The notes under the pieces are model-generated. The model made no database searches and was not told the DNA's origin. It worked only from the letters and a program-made list of their open reading frames with translations. The position numbers and the translations under genes are program-made. From an uncultured Hyphomicrobiales bacterium (GTDB lineage Bacteria > Bacteroidota > Ignavibacteria > Kapaibacteriales > UBA2268), in contig CAYVTD010000012.1 in assembly GCA_964454445.1 (NCBI GenBank), positions 45 to 64,044 of the forward strand: a stretch of DNA of 64,000 nucleotides. The letters run 5' to 3'. The stretch's first letter is position 1. Every line of letters begins with the position of its first letter. Below are positions 1 through 9,049 of the stretch, piece after piece.

Positions 1-2673
1 AAATTTAATACCTCCGATTGAAGGTCCTTGTCCAGGTCCCCAAATAAGATCGAGTAACAGATTAATTCTATGTGATCTATCCCAGGGTTGAGGATACTCT
101 GCCAATGGATATGAAGGCAAACCTGTGTATGGATCGAGAGGAAGGAGATAATTCCCCGCCGGGGAGCTCGAAGTTCCCATCGAGTTAGACAATGTATAAT
201 TTGCCATAAAACCAAGATGGTCTGTCAAAGTAGGCCTTTTTCTAAGAGTCAGTTCGATACCTTTAGAGTTGCCATATTCAGCTACAGTATATTGATAGTA
301 GAATGTTGGGGTAGCAGGCACCCATTTTGTACCTTCTTGATTGTATATATCTCTATAATATGCAGCAATATCAAAAGCAAACAAATCATTCAGTTGATTG
401 CTATAACTAATTTCATAAGCATTTTCTCTTTGAGCTTTCATATTTGGGTCGCCGAGTATCTGGTTGCCACGTAGATTCTGTGTGTTAAATCCATCATATA
501 AGTTTTGCAAAGCAGCAGTTTTAAAGAAAATACCATAAGATAATCTGACGATTGACATATCAGTTATTGGATATGTTACATTAAAGCGAGGGCTAACTTG
601 AAATTTCATAGTTGCATCGGCAAAACCCTCGTCTGAGGCAATACCTACAAATTGGTCGGATGATATCCTATATCTGGAATTTGGGTCAAAGAGATCGAAG
701 CGGACACCTGGACTTAAGATAATACCTTTATATGTAACCTGGTCTTGCACAAAAGCTGCAATTTTAGTTGGCGAAAATGGCTTACTAGTTCTATTATAAA
801 CATCAAGACCTCCCTTGGTTTCGGCATATAGATTGCCACCCCACTTGTCAGTGTAAACATCAAAGAAGGGATTACTATCCCAAGGGTTGCTATTTTCATG
901 TTTATGCTGCTCGAAAAGACGAACTTCAAAGCCTGTTTTGAACATGTGGTTGAAGTCCTTGCCGGTCTCAAAATTGGCACTATAATTACCATCAATTTGC
1001 CAGTAATTGCCATCTCTAAAGCTAAAGCCACTACCATTGCCATGAGTATAGGCATTTAAGCCATAAGGGCTGTAAATCGTTCCTGTCGAATTTCCTCCGC
1101 CTTCGTAATAACCAGTATAAGGATTCCTCTGAGGAAGCTCCTTAGGTAAATATCCATCTTTTGTATAACCAGTAGTGAAAATTTGCTCGTAGTTGTCGAT
1201 TACCTTGTTAGGCCTGCCGATTTGAAGCACTCCTGCATTAGCATCCATATTATCTTCAGGATACCAAAGTTCGAAACCGGAGAAATAGCCCGGAGCATCA
1301 TAATTCTTCCGCTTGGCTATCTCATCATTGTTTGCAGTATTGGATATGGTGATTTCATAGAATTGATTGTCGGAAAGCTGATGGTTAATACGAACCATTA
1401 GATAACGAACCAAATTGTTGCCTGCTGTTGCCTGAGCAACCGCTTCGGGCATATCTACGAGTATTGTGTCAAATAAATTAAAATACTTTGTGTCTGAACC
1501 GGGCATAGTAGTTATTGGATGTCTGTAACCTGGTTCATTGTTGTACAAGGATAACCTGTTTTCCCAATTGGTCATACCCCAAGAGCCACCAACGATAAAG
1601 CGTAAATTGTTAGTTATGGCAAACTTGATTCTACCTGTTATATTTTTTACCCAAGCTTGATTGTCTGGTTGTCTGCCGAGTGAAGTGCCGAGAGGATCCT
1701 TAATATCATACGTAGCGCCTCTCCAATTTTCATGCTGGTAACTTGCTGACAAATAAAAAGTCGTATTGCTCATACCCGGTATTGGCAAGGGACCACCAAA
1801 ACCAGATTCAAATTTGTCTTCGCCAGAGCCCATCAGTTTGGCGCCTTCGCCTTCGAGAACTGGCTTGAGATATTGTCCTTCTCGAACGAGCTTCAATCCA
1901 GTGCTTTGACTGCCATATAAAGCATTTACATCTGTGCGCCAGCGAAGAAAGCCCTCGTAACGGTCGTTTCTGCCAGTCTTAACAATTGTATTGACGATGC
2001 CACCAAGAGCCTCGCCATATTCGGCGGAAAAACCTCCTTTGATTACTTGAACCTGTTCGGTGGCAAAAGAACTAACCATCGGGAAGTAGTCGACGCCAGC
2101 CACACCCATACCACCAGTAAACTGATTACCTACGTCGAGACCATCGACGCGTATCTGCGTTTCAGTTGAACGAGCACCGCGAATATTCCAGCCACCTCCT
2201 GATGCAAAAACACCCGCAGAAGTACCAATAATTGCTGTAACACCTTCGCGGGCAGATGAAGTAATTACCGAACTGCTGAAGTCATCGATTGAACCAATGT
2301 CACTTTTTTTAACCATCTGGCGGTTTCCTTTTACGGTAACACCTTCAAGCTTTTTGACTTCACTTTCGAGTTGGACACTGATCTCAGTTACCTCATCAGC
2401 ACCAATTCTTACTTGGACTTCATGGTCTTTTTGCCCCATGTAAGTAATTTTTACTGTATAAGCTCCAGGAGAAATATTCACCAAGGTGAACTTTCCGTCT
2501 GCTTTTGCCTGAGCGCCCTGACTTGTGCCTTTCAGCATAACGGTGGCTCCGGCTGCCGGTTTGCCCTCGCTATCAAGTATTCTGCCTCTTAATGTTCCAT
2601 AAATTGCCGCTGACAATGATAATGGCGTTAGGATGAAACCTAAAAACAGAATAATTAGAATAAGTTTTCGCAT
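1..2673 (-). CDS. TonB-dependent outer-membrane receptor with N-terminal carboxypeptidase-regulatory-like domain. The gene's 3' end (C-terminus) runs off the window: the minus-strand reading frame is open from 2673 down to base 1 and the stop codon must lie just outside the window; the in-window translation ends IGGIKF.
   Basis: The reverse-strand translation from the ATG at 2671-2673 begins MRKLILIILFLGF with a signal peptide. It then shows a CarbopepD_reg-like beta-sandwich (GRILDSEGKPAAGATV...GAYTVKITYMG) and a TonB-box/plug region (VKGNRQ...IRGARS...IRVDGLDV...EQVQVIKG). The frame stays open to base 1 and the last in-window codon encodes Phe, the typical terminal residue of a TonB-dependent receptor (TBDR). 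The ORF track omits it because its stop codon is outside the window. Confidence 0.7.
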   Translation of the reverse strand, partial: MRKLILIILFLGFILTPLSLSAAIYGTLRGRILDSEGKPAAGATVMLKGTSQGAQAKADGKFTLVNISPGAYTVKITYMGQKDHEVQVRIGADEVTEISVQLESEVKKLEGVTVKGNRQMVKKSDIGSIDDFSSSVITSSAREGVTAIIGTSAGVFASGGGWNIRGARSTETQIRVDGLDVGNQFTGGMGVAGVDYFPMVSSFATEQVQVIKGGFSAEYGEALGGIVNTIVKTGRNDRYEGFLRWRTDVNALYGSQSTGLKLVREGQYLKPVLEGEGAKLMGSGEDKFESGFGGPLPIPGMSNTTFYLSASYQHENWRGATYDIKDPLGTSLGRQPDNQAWVKNITGRIKFAITNNLRFIVGGSWGMTNWENRLSLYNNEPGYRHPITTMPGSDTKYFNLFDTILVDMPEAVAQATAGNNLVRYLMVRINHQLSDNQFYEITISNTANNDEIAKRKNYDAPGYFSGFELWYPEDNMDANAGVLQIGRPNKVIDNYEQIFTTGYTKDGYLPKELPQRNPYTGYYEGGGNSTGTIYSPYGLNAYTHGNGSGFSFRDGNYWQIDGNYSANFETGKDFNHMFKTGFEVRLFEQHKHENSNPWDSNPFFDVYTDKWGGNLYAETKGGLDVYNRTSKPFSPTKIAAFVQDQVTYKGIILSPGVRFDLFDPNSRYRISSDQFVGIASDEGFADATMKFQVSPRFNVTYPITDMSIVRLSYGIFFKTAALQNLYDGFNTQNLRGNQILGDPNMKAQRENAYEISYSNQLNDLFAFDIAAYYRDIYNQEGTKWVPATPTFYYQYTVAEYGNSKGIELTLRKRPTLTDHLGFMANYTLSNSMGTSSSPAGNYLLPLDPYTGLPSYPLAEYPQPWDRSHRINLLLDLIWGPGQGPSIGGIKF

Positions 2674-2751
2674 AGATTAACTCCTTAATACAAGCTAAAT
2701 TAATAAAATATTTATATTGATGATTCTATAATTGTCTTTTTTTGAACTATG

Positions 2752-4806
2752 TTACCTTACAACAGAAAGCATTTTTGTTGTTCTTTGCCCATTGAAATCC
2801 AAAACACAATAATATGCACCTTGTGTTAGCTCTGCACTATTGAATCTCAATGTGTGTATGCCTGAAGATATCATACCATTGTAAATTGATAAAACTTTCT
2901 GACCCATAAGGTTAAAAATCTCTAATGTGGCATTACCACTTGCCGGAAGCGTAAAGGTAACATGCCCATCGCTGATAACAGGATTAGGCAATATTTCGTT
3001 GATTACAACATCAACATTCTTTTTATTATTTTCGTTGATGCCAAGGGCAATATCTGCATCAAAATGTCCTAAAAGTACATATTGGGGAGTTTCAATATAA
3101 TTCTGCAATCCACGCTGCCCAACTACATCATTTTCTGATATTGATGGGTCAGGTTTGGTTGCTACTCTAATGATTGGTATATTTTTTAGATCATTTGGTA
3201 TCAAATCGGGAATCCAAGTTAGGCGTTCCAATGTAACATCATCAGTTAATTTTATAACTTTTGACCATTCACCACCAACAGGACGAACCGCAAACCTAAT
3301 ATCAGTTGATAGAACAGGGTCTGTTACACCTTCGACATCCCATGCTGTTACTTCAGTCCATTTTGCAATCAGGTACTGTCCATCGATTGTGCGGCTTATC
3401 TGGAATTCGTAAACCATTTGATTGTGCCATTCACCGTCAGTATTGCGATAGAGAAGAATAGTGTTAATATCTATATCAGATATTGCTCTAACACCCCAAA
3501 CACCGGATTCTCTATAAATCTCAACAACTTTCCTAAATCTTTGTTCGTCGGTAACCTGAGCGGCTTGTTCTTCAGTTAAATAATCCTGTAAAATACATAA
3601 ATAACTGACGTCACCGTTAGGCAGCGCACACATATCGCGGCTAATGGAATATGATTGACCGGTTGACGAATTACTATAACCTCCAAAGGTCATCATAACA
3701 GCATCAGGGAAAACAGCATCGTTTGCTGCTGCGAAGGCAGTAATCATTTCTTTTGGCATAATATCATATTCGCTCCAAGTTTCGCCATAATCTTCCGATT
3801 CTGAAATGGCATAAACGGGCCAATTATTTTCAATCACATCACCAAACACTGCCAATGCAGACATTACCATTTTGCTGCCACCGGCATACTCCAATCCTGT
3901 TAATGAACTATAGCCTGCACCATCTTGGTCATAGTTAATATAATACTTGTTACTAGCCCATTGGTCGGGAATTACAGGTATCCACTTAGTAAAAGATTCA
4001 TCTGGTTTTCTATAAGCAATATTGCTGTTTTGATCGCGAGGTGTCCCAGGGTCCGGAGGTGATACATGACCGGCAGCAAGCCCGTATGGGGTAACACCAT
4101 CATCGTAAAAGCCAGCTACTAATCCTGCGTCTGTGCTCCAACTGAACGTAACAACTCCGCTTTGTGTATCCTTTGTAAAGCTGCCTGTAGTAAGGTTGTA
4201 CTCATTGGAGCCTTCTATATAGATACCATTTAAAAATCCTTGCCAGCCGCTGTTGCCACCTGGGTCAGGACCTGTTATTGGAGCTGTGTATATCACATAA
4301 TAATTGTTGTCTGTATCAACGAAAGGATACAAACTCGGATAGCGTGCCCAGCCAAGATTTTGGTTAGCACTGCTGTAAACTCTGATTGCTGGATCCCAAG
4401 TGAAGCCCAAATCATTAGAAATCAACAAAAACATATCGTCAAGCGAATTCTTTGGGTCTTGTTCCCTTGTGTTTGCGCCACGCTTTAAAGTCATTAGTAA
4501 ACCCCTTGTTGGTTCATACATAAAGGGTTGTTGGCGATAGCTATAATATGAATAACCATTTTGCAAGGAGTCGATTATTGTGAAATCGATACTTTGAATG
4601 CGGTCGCTACGCAGCTTCTCGGATTTGTTTGATAGCAAGGATTGCGATACAACCCCACCATTATATGGCTTGATAGCAGGGATTAGACCAGTTGGCTCTG
4701 TTTGAGTGAGTTCACTAGATAACAACTCGGTATTTGCTGCAAATATCGGCTCTGCAAACAAACCTAATGCTATAATGGCAAGAAAAATTAGTAAATAATA
4801 TTTCAT
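2752..4806 (-). CDS. Secreted BNR/Asp-box repeat protein, sialidase-like, with a C-terminal T9SS sorting domain
   Basis: It has a signal peptide. Asp-box motifs of the form SxDxGxTW are present (SNDLGFTWD, SESEDYGETWSE). The C-terminal ~80 aa (LEIFNLMGQKVLSIYNG...YYCVLDFNGQRTTKMLSVVR) matches the Por_Secre_tail / TIGR04183 pattern. Confidence 0.6.
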   Translation of the reverse strand: MKYYLLIFLAIIALGLFAEPIFAANTELLSSELTQTEPTGLIPAIKPYNGGVVSQSLLSNKSEKLRSDRIQSIDFTIIDSLQNGYSYYSYRQQPFMYEPTRGLLMTLKRGANTREQDPKNSLDDMFLLISNDLGFTWDPAIRVYSSANQNLGWARYPSLYPFVDTDNNYYVIYTAPITGPDPGGNSGWQGFLNGIYIEGSNEYNLTTGSFTKDTQSGVVTFSWSTDAGLVAGFYDDGVTPYGLAAGHVSPPDPGTPRDQNSNIAYRKPDESFTKWIPVIPDQWASNKYYINYDQDGAGYSSLTGLEYAGGSKMVMSALAVFGDVIENNWPVYAISESEDYGETWSEYDIMPKEMITAFAAANDAVFPDAVMMTFGGYSNSSTGQSYSISRDMCALPNGDVSYLCILQDYLTEEQAAQVTDEQRFRKVVEIYRESGVWGVRAISDIDINTILLYRNTDGEWHNQMVYEFQISRTIDGQYLIAKWTEVTAWDVEGVTDPVLSTDIRFAVRPVGGEWSKVIKLTDDVTLERLTWIPDLIPNDLKNIPIIRVATKPDPSISENDVVGQRGLQNYIETPQYVLLGHFDADIALGINENNKKNVDVVINEILPNPVISDGHVTFTLPASGNATLEIFNLMGQKVLSIYNGMISSGIHTLRFNSAELTQGAYYCVLDFNGQRTTKMLSVVR

Positions 4807-4883
4807 AAAAGTTCTCCATTGTATTTTTTATAAAAATCGTAACAATTATCTTATTCAAACTTCAAATATACAAAGTTTTTTTC

Positions 4884-4897
4884 ATTTGTTAACAAAT
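4884..4897. promoter_or_regulatory. 14-nt perfect palindrome ATTTGTTAACAAAT ~80 nt upstream of the sialidase-like T9SS cargo gene; a candidate operator
   Basis: The palindrome is seen directly and lies in the promoter region of the minus-strand gene that starts at 4806. Confidence 0.3.
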
Positions 4898-4969
4898 TTT
4901 GAAAATGTTTACCTCAATAATCCATTAAGTGAAAATTTAGTAATTAATTATTAATAAATATATTTGTTT

Positions 4970-6373
4970 TTAAAACCGCATTTGTAACCCATAAATAATG
5001 GCAATTGTTGACTTTGTACTTCTGCCTGCTGTTAAAAAAGTACTTGGCGTTTCATAAGAAAAGACTCTCCCTTCTGCTCCTACTGTTAGATATAAACCAC
5101 CAATAACATTATATTTTGCCATTGCCCTACCAAATCCAACGAAACCATCGTTTGAAGCACCAGCACCTATTCTGCCTGATAATGAAAAGATATCTGTTTC
5201 TAACAGGGATCTTTCATAAAAAGCTGATGCCCAGAATAAATGCTTTGTCCGCTTGTAATTAAAGGGATGTTCTATTAATATATCATCGTCCGATGGATTA
5301 AATGCCTCAATACTTGATCGATAATCCTGACTTAATTTTACATTTACCTTTACCTCTTCATTATAGCTATATTCAGTATATCCGATCTCAGCACCAAGAT
5401 AATGTTTATCTGCTATCCGGTAGGCAATGCTCTGTGAAAATGACGAAACGGAAATGTTTTTGGCACCATCGAAACCAGCGCGGAGTACTTCTGAGCTAAG
5501 CAATGTCATAACATCAATACTATTTTGACTAATTGCGCCGAAATCATAAAAATTATTTGAAATACCTAAAGGAGAAAATTCTGACAAAGGAGTTGTGAGA
5601 GGTAAACGCATATTTTGAATTGTTGGATCTGAATTATACGCATTGAAAACATTAGAATTTAAAGAGCTAACTGTATTTGTTCTCTTAATATCTGCATCAG
5701 AATCTAGAAGTACAGAATCCGTAACTCTTTCCTTTGATAACGATTCTATTACGTCATTACTTTCGAAAATGTTTGGAATGGAGCCATCACTTTCTATATC
5801 TTCGATATTTTTTGCCAAGTTCAAATCATTGTTTTCAATCCATGTTTCTTTTGATTCTGTTTCTGATTTTTTGGCTAATAATGCATTATTCGATGAAAAT
5901 GAGTTCTTTTCGTTATTGTGTTTATATTCGATTTCCGGTTTTTCATTTATACTCGCAAGATTATTATTCTCTGGAACAATCACTTTATCAGATTTTAAGC
6001 TCTTATCAGGTGAGGAATTTTCAGAAAAAACGCTGTTCAAGCCCGTAATATCACCGATTTCAAAAATACTTATTAAAAAGAAAAGCGCTATTGCTGCCGC
6101 TAATGAATAATAATTGGGGATAAGCACTTTTGGTTTCGCGTTTTCTGTTTCTGCAAGAATGCGCATCAAGACTAGGTCTTCGGTATTATCATATAAAAAG
6201 TTAGGGGTTTGAATTGTTTCTGCATCCTCGAAAAACAAGGAATGTATATGCAACGATGCATCGAGTTTCTGGCTAGCCAACTCATCGCTAGCAAGCATTT
6301 CCCTTAACAATTTATCTTCGGCGTTGTTTAGCTCGCCATCGATGTATTTCGATATTAAATCTTCAAGATTCAT
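4970..6373 (-). CDS. Anti-sigma factor: N-terminal cytoplasmic anti-sigma domain, one transmembrane helix, a long low-complexity Ser/Asn/Glu-rich periplasmic region, and a C-terminal beta-barrel-like domain ending in Phe
   Basis: Its start overlaps the stop of the ECF sigma gene by 11 nt. The N-terminus (MNLEDLISKYIDGELNNAEDKLLREML) is typical of anti-sigma factors. A transmembrane segment (LAAAIALFFLISIF) follows. The C-terminal ~190 aa shows alternating hydrophobic residues and ends ...IIYGLQMRF. Confidence 0.6.
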   Translation of the reverse strand: MNLEDLISKYIDGELNNAEDKLLREMLASDELASQKLDASLHIHSLFFEDAETIQTPNFLYDNTEDLVLMRILAETENAKPKVLIPNYYSLAAAIALFFLISIFEIGDITGLNSVFSENSSPDKSLKSDKVIVPENNNLASINEKPEIEYKHNNEKNSFSSNNALLAKKSETESKETWIENNDLNLAKNIEDIESDGSIPNIFESNDVIESLSKERVTDSVLLDSDADIKRTNTVSSLNSNVFNAYNSDPTIQNMRLPLTTPLSEFSPLGISNNFYDFGAISQNSIDVMTLLSSEVLRAGFDGAKNISVSSFSQSIAYRIADKHYLGAEIGYTEYSYNEEVKVNVKLSQDYRSSIEAFNPSDDDILIEHPFNYKRTKHLFWASAFYERSLLETDIFSLSGRIGAGASNDGFVGFGRAMAKYNVIGGLYLTVGAEGRVFSYETPSTFLTAGRSTKSTIAIIYGLQMRF

Positions 6374-6926
6374 AAAGTTCCTGCCTTAAAGGTAATAAAA
6401 GTTTTCTTAAAGTGGTTCTTGCCCTAAATACTCTGACTTTAGCTAGCGACAATTCCGTGCCTGTAATATCTGCTATTTCTTGATAAGAATACCCCTCGTA
6501 TTCTCTTAAAATAAGTGCTTCACGCAAAGTTTCGGGTAGAATGTCGAGTGCCTTCTGAATGTAATCTTTCAAGGCGACATCACTGGTTTTTTGTTCGCTG
6601 ATAGCGTGATACTCTTCGTTGAAACTCTCCGATTCCTTGCGTTTTCTTATGATATTCAAGCAGTTGTGCCGGGCAATAGTGAAAAGCCAAGCCGAAAAAT
6701 TATTACCTTTAAATTCCTTTCTATGCTCGTAAATATTAATAAATGTTTCTTGAAACGCGTCTGCGGCTTGCTCCTCGTCGCCCAGCATACGCAAGCAGAA
6801 ACGATAAACTTTATTGTGATAGCGTTCATACAGCATACGATATGCCTCAGCGCTACCTTTCGGGAGGTTCTTCATCGCCTCCTCAAGAACAGCGTCGCCA
6901 GCATTATCGTTTTGCTTTTTGAACAT
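6363..6926 (-). CDS. ECF-type RNA polymerase sigma factor (sigma-70 family, group 4)
   Basis: Sigma70 region 2 (YERYHNKVYRFCLRMLGD...AQETFINIY) and region 4 (EALILREYEGYSYQEIADITGTELSLAKVRVFRAR) are both recognisable. The ORF track starts at a GTG at 6935. I prefer the ATG at 6926, which lies ~9 nt downstream of an AGGGGAA Shine-Dalgarno-like motif. Confidence 0.85.
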   Translation of the reverse strand: MFKKQNDNAGDAVLEEAMKNLPKGSAEAYRMLYERYHNKVYRFCLRMLGDEEQAADAFQETFINIYEHRKEFKGNNFSAWLFTIARHNCLNIIRKRKESESFNEEYHAISEQKTSDVALKDYIQKALDILPETLREALILREYEGYSYQEIADITGTELSLAKVRVFRARTTLRKLLLPLRQELYES

Positions 6927-7162
6927 TTCTCGCACTTCCCCTATACCGATTCATTCTCTCTTATTTTGTTTACCATTTCAATTAATCATAAGACACAACA
7001 GCCTTACAAAAAGTTACAATAGCAATTTAAAAAAGTAATTATTAATAAAAAAACTCATTTCCGACTTTATCATTTAATTAATAAAAGAACTATATTACCC
7101 TATAATTCTAAAACAGAAAAGAATATCCAGCTTCTCTCTTCTTTTAGTTACCGAGATCCTTT

Positions 7163-7192
7163 CCCTCCCTTATTTACAAGGTCAAGGGAGGG
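7163..7192. terminator. GC-rich hairpin (9-bp stem CCCTCCCTT / AAGGGAGGG, 12-nt loop) ~45 nt downstream of the DUF3857 gene stop; a likely terminator or insulator ahead of the ECF sigma promoter
   Basis: This perfect inverted repeat is seen directly; its GC content is unusually high for this AT-rich intergenic region. Confidence 0.35.
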
Positions 7193-7234
7193 ATTTCCAA
7201 ATAATCATCTTCAGAAATCACTACATGATTAACC

Positions 7235-9037
7235 TCATTCAATCAAAAAATATATATCAACAAAATCCTTGTCAAACCAATGTACCATCAATTCCCGATA
7301 GGATTTGTAATCTTTTGCTTCTATTGTGCTATTCTCGATAAATATCTTCCTGTACACAATGAGTTTACCAGATTTAACCTCTATCTTACTTTTTAATTTG
7401 CCTGCATCGTTAGAAACATCAATAGTTTTGCTGTTTTGAGAAAATTTAATATTATCTGGCAAACTATATTCAAATTCATATTCTTCGTCGATGTTTTTTC
7501 CTATTTCAAGCGGTGTATCACGTTTTTCCGGATTAACAGTTAAACCTATATTTATAAGTGAATTCTTGGGATATGGCAAAGTAAAATACCAAATTTTATC
7601 TGTTATTTTTCCACAAGATTTATTTGTCATTACGATATTACGATCAACATTTGACTGCATATTTGTCTTATAATTATCTTTAATTGAAATTGAATCGTAA
7701 TTAAGAGCTTGATACCAAGATTTGATTGTCTCGTTGATTTCGTCATTTTTAAAAGAAGGAATATTCCTACCTCCTAATTTCAGATACATTTTCGAGTTTA
7801 TTACTTGGCTTTCTGTTATGTCGCCGTTAATTTTCTGATAAATCTTGTCAGATGGAGTAAAATTCTTTTGATTTTCGAGATTTCTCATTGTATTCTTTCC
7901 ATAAAGTCCTTCAATACATATAGTATTTTGTGAGCTATTTGGGTCAAGATAATAGTTTAATCCATCAATTTCGAAAATGACTATTGGCTTTTTGTAACAT
8001 AATATGTTTTCGACGAGTGGATCTTTTCTTTCAACAATAAAATCAATTTCATTTTTTATACCACTTCCATCTAAAAGTGTTTTCAATAAAATAGCCCTGT
8101 CTAGTGATGAACCACTTGCCTTCCGAAGTGTTTTGCTTGCTGAGCGTGGCTTAAAGCCAATAGTTTCGAGTTCGCAAGAACAATAATTGATCCGGGAATG
8201 GACAAATTCGTTTAAGGCAAGAGCTTTCTCCAATTGACTAGGAGTCTCATCATTTACTTTTTCAATCACTTTCTTTATATCATCGTCTTGGAAAAAGATG
8301 CTTTTATCCTGAAAAATATACTTTTCGACTTCTTCAGTTTTCATAGTGGTAAAGCTGACATAGTCAAGTAATTTTTCCATAGCAGGTTGATTTAGCTCAT
8401 CTGGTACCAATGCAATTTTGTTAATAATCCAACTGTAAGTCTTTTTTTTCGAATTATTTGTAATTTCAGGAGTATAAGCTTTATTATAATACAAAGTTTC
8501 GGAGCTTGGTATTGTAACAATAATTTCCAACTTGTCAATAGGGCATCTACCGCCAACACTTATTAAACCATTAAGTCCTGGTAAAAAATCTGCTTTGGTT
8601 TCAATCGAATATTGTAAATCGACTGTCGAGCCTCGTTCGAGGCCAACGTGTGTTATTACCATTTCTCTTAAATTAAAATACGGTACATTACGTGAGGCAC
8701 ACCCAGGCAGGACTTCATTGAAAGCATTTGGCAATGGATCAACTTTTTTGCCATCTTTCATTGTTGTTGTCGCCTTTTTAATTGTTAGTTTCTGCCAATC
8801 TGGATTATAAACTATGAAAGTTTCTCCTAAAGCCCTGTTAATAGAGAAATAACTAAGATATTTTAATTGATGAGTATAATTCAAAACTGTCGAACCATCT
8901 TCATTTAAAATATATTCATATCTAATCAGGTTGTATCGTGCATCTTCGTTTGCACAGAACAAGCCCGAACTAAATACAGAAATAAATACTAATAGATAAA
9001 GAACTCTTACAATGAATTTGTATGTATATTTTTTCAT
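7235..9037 (-). CDS. DUF3857 / transglutaminase-like family protein, a paralog of the downstream gene; the catalytic Cys appears to be replaced by Ser
   Basis: It has a signal peptide and a similar length and architecture to the gene at 9050-11098. Where the neighbour has G-V-C-K-D-K-A, this protein has G-S-S-L-D-R-A, so the nucleophile may be lost. This alignment was done by eye. Confidence 0.5.
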   Translation of the reverse strand: MKKYTYKFIVRVLYLLVFISVFSSGLFCANEDARYNLIRYEYILNEDGSTVLNYTHQLKYLSYFSINRALGETFIVYNPDWQKLTIKKATTTMKDGKKVDPLPNAFNEVLPGCASRNVPYFNLREMVITHVGLERGSTVDLQYSIETKADFLPGLNGLISVGGRCPIDKLEIIVTIPSSETLYYNKAYTPEITNNSKKKTYSWIINKIALVPDELNQPAMEKLLDYVSFTTMKTEEVEKYIFQDKSIFFQDDDIKKVIEKVNDETPSQLEKALALNEFVHSRINYCSCELETIGFKPRSASKTLRKASGSSLDRAILLKTLLDGSGIKNEIDFIVERKDPLVENILCYKKPIVIFEIDGLNYYLDPNSSQNTICIEGLYGKNTMRNLENQKNFTPSDKIYQKINGDITESQVINSKMYLKLGGRNIPSFKNDEINETIKSWYQALNYDSISIKDNYKTNMQSNVDRNIVMTNKSCGKITDKIWYFTLPYPKNSLINIGLTVNPEKRDTPLEIGKNIDEEYEFEYSLPDNIKFSQNSKTIDVSNDAGKLKSKIEVKSGKLIVYRKIFIENSTIEAKDYKSYRELMVHWFDKDFVDIYFLIE

Positions 9038-9049
9038 AATATTTATCTC

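Noticed and set aside
5302-6110. Plus-strand ORFs (5302-5499, 5643-6110, 5734-6048) antisense to the anti-sigma gene
   Set aside because: They lie entirely inside the low-complexity Ser/Asn/Glu-rich region of a well-supported minus-strand gene. Antisense open frames are expected there and none shows a recognisable domain.
6927-6935. A GTG start for the ECF sigma factor as given in the ORF track
   Set aside because: The ATG 9 nt downstream has a well-spaced AGGGGAA Shine-Dalgarno-like motif, whereas the GTG directly abuts that motif.
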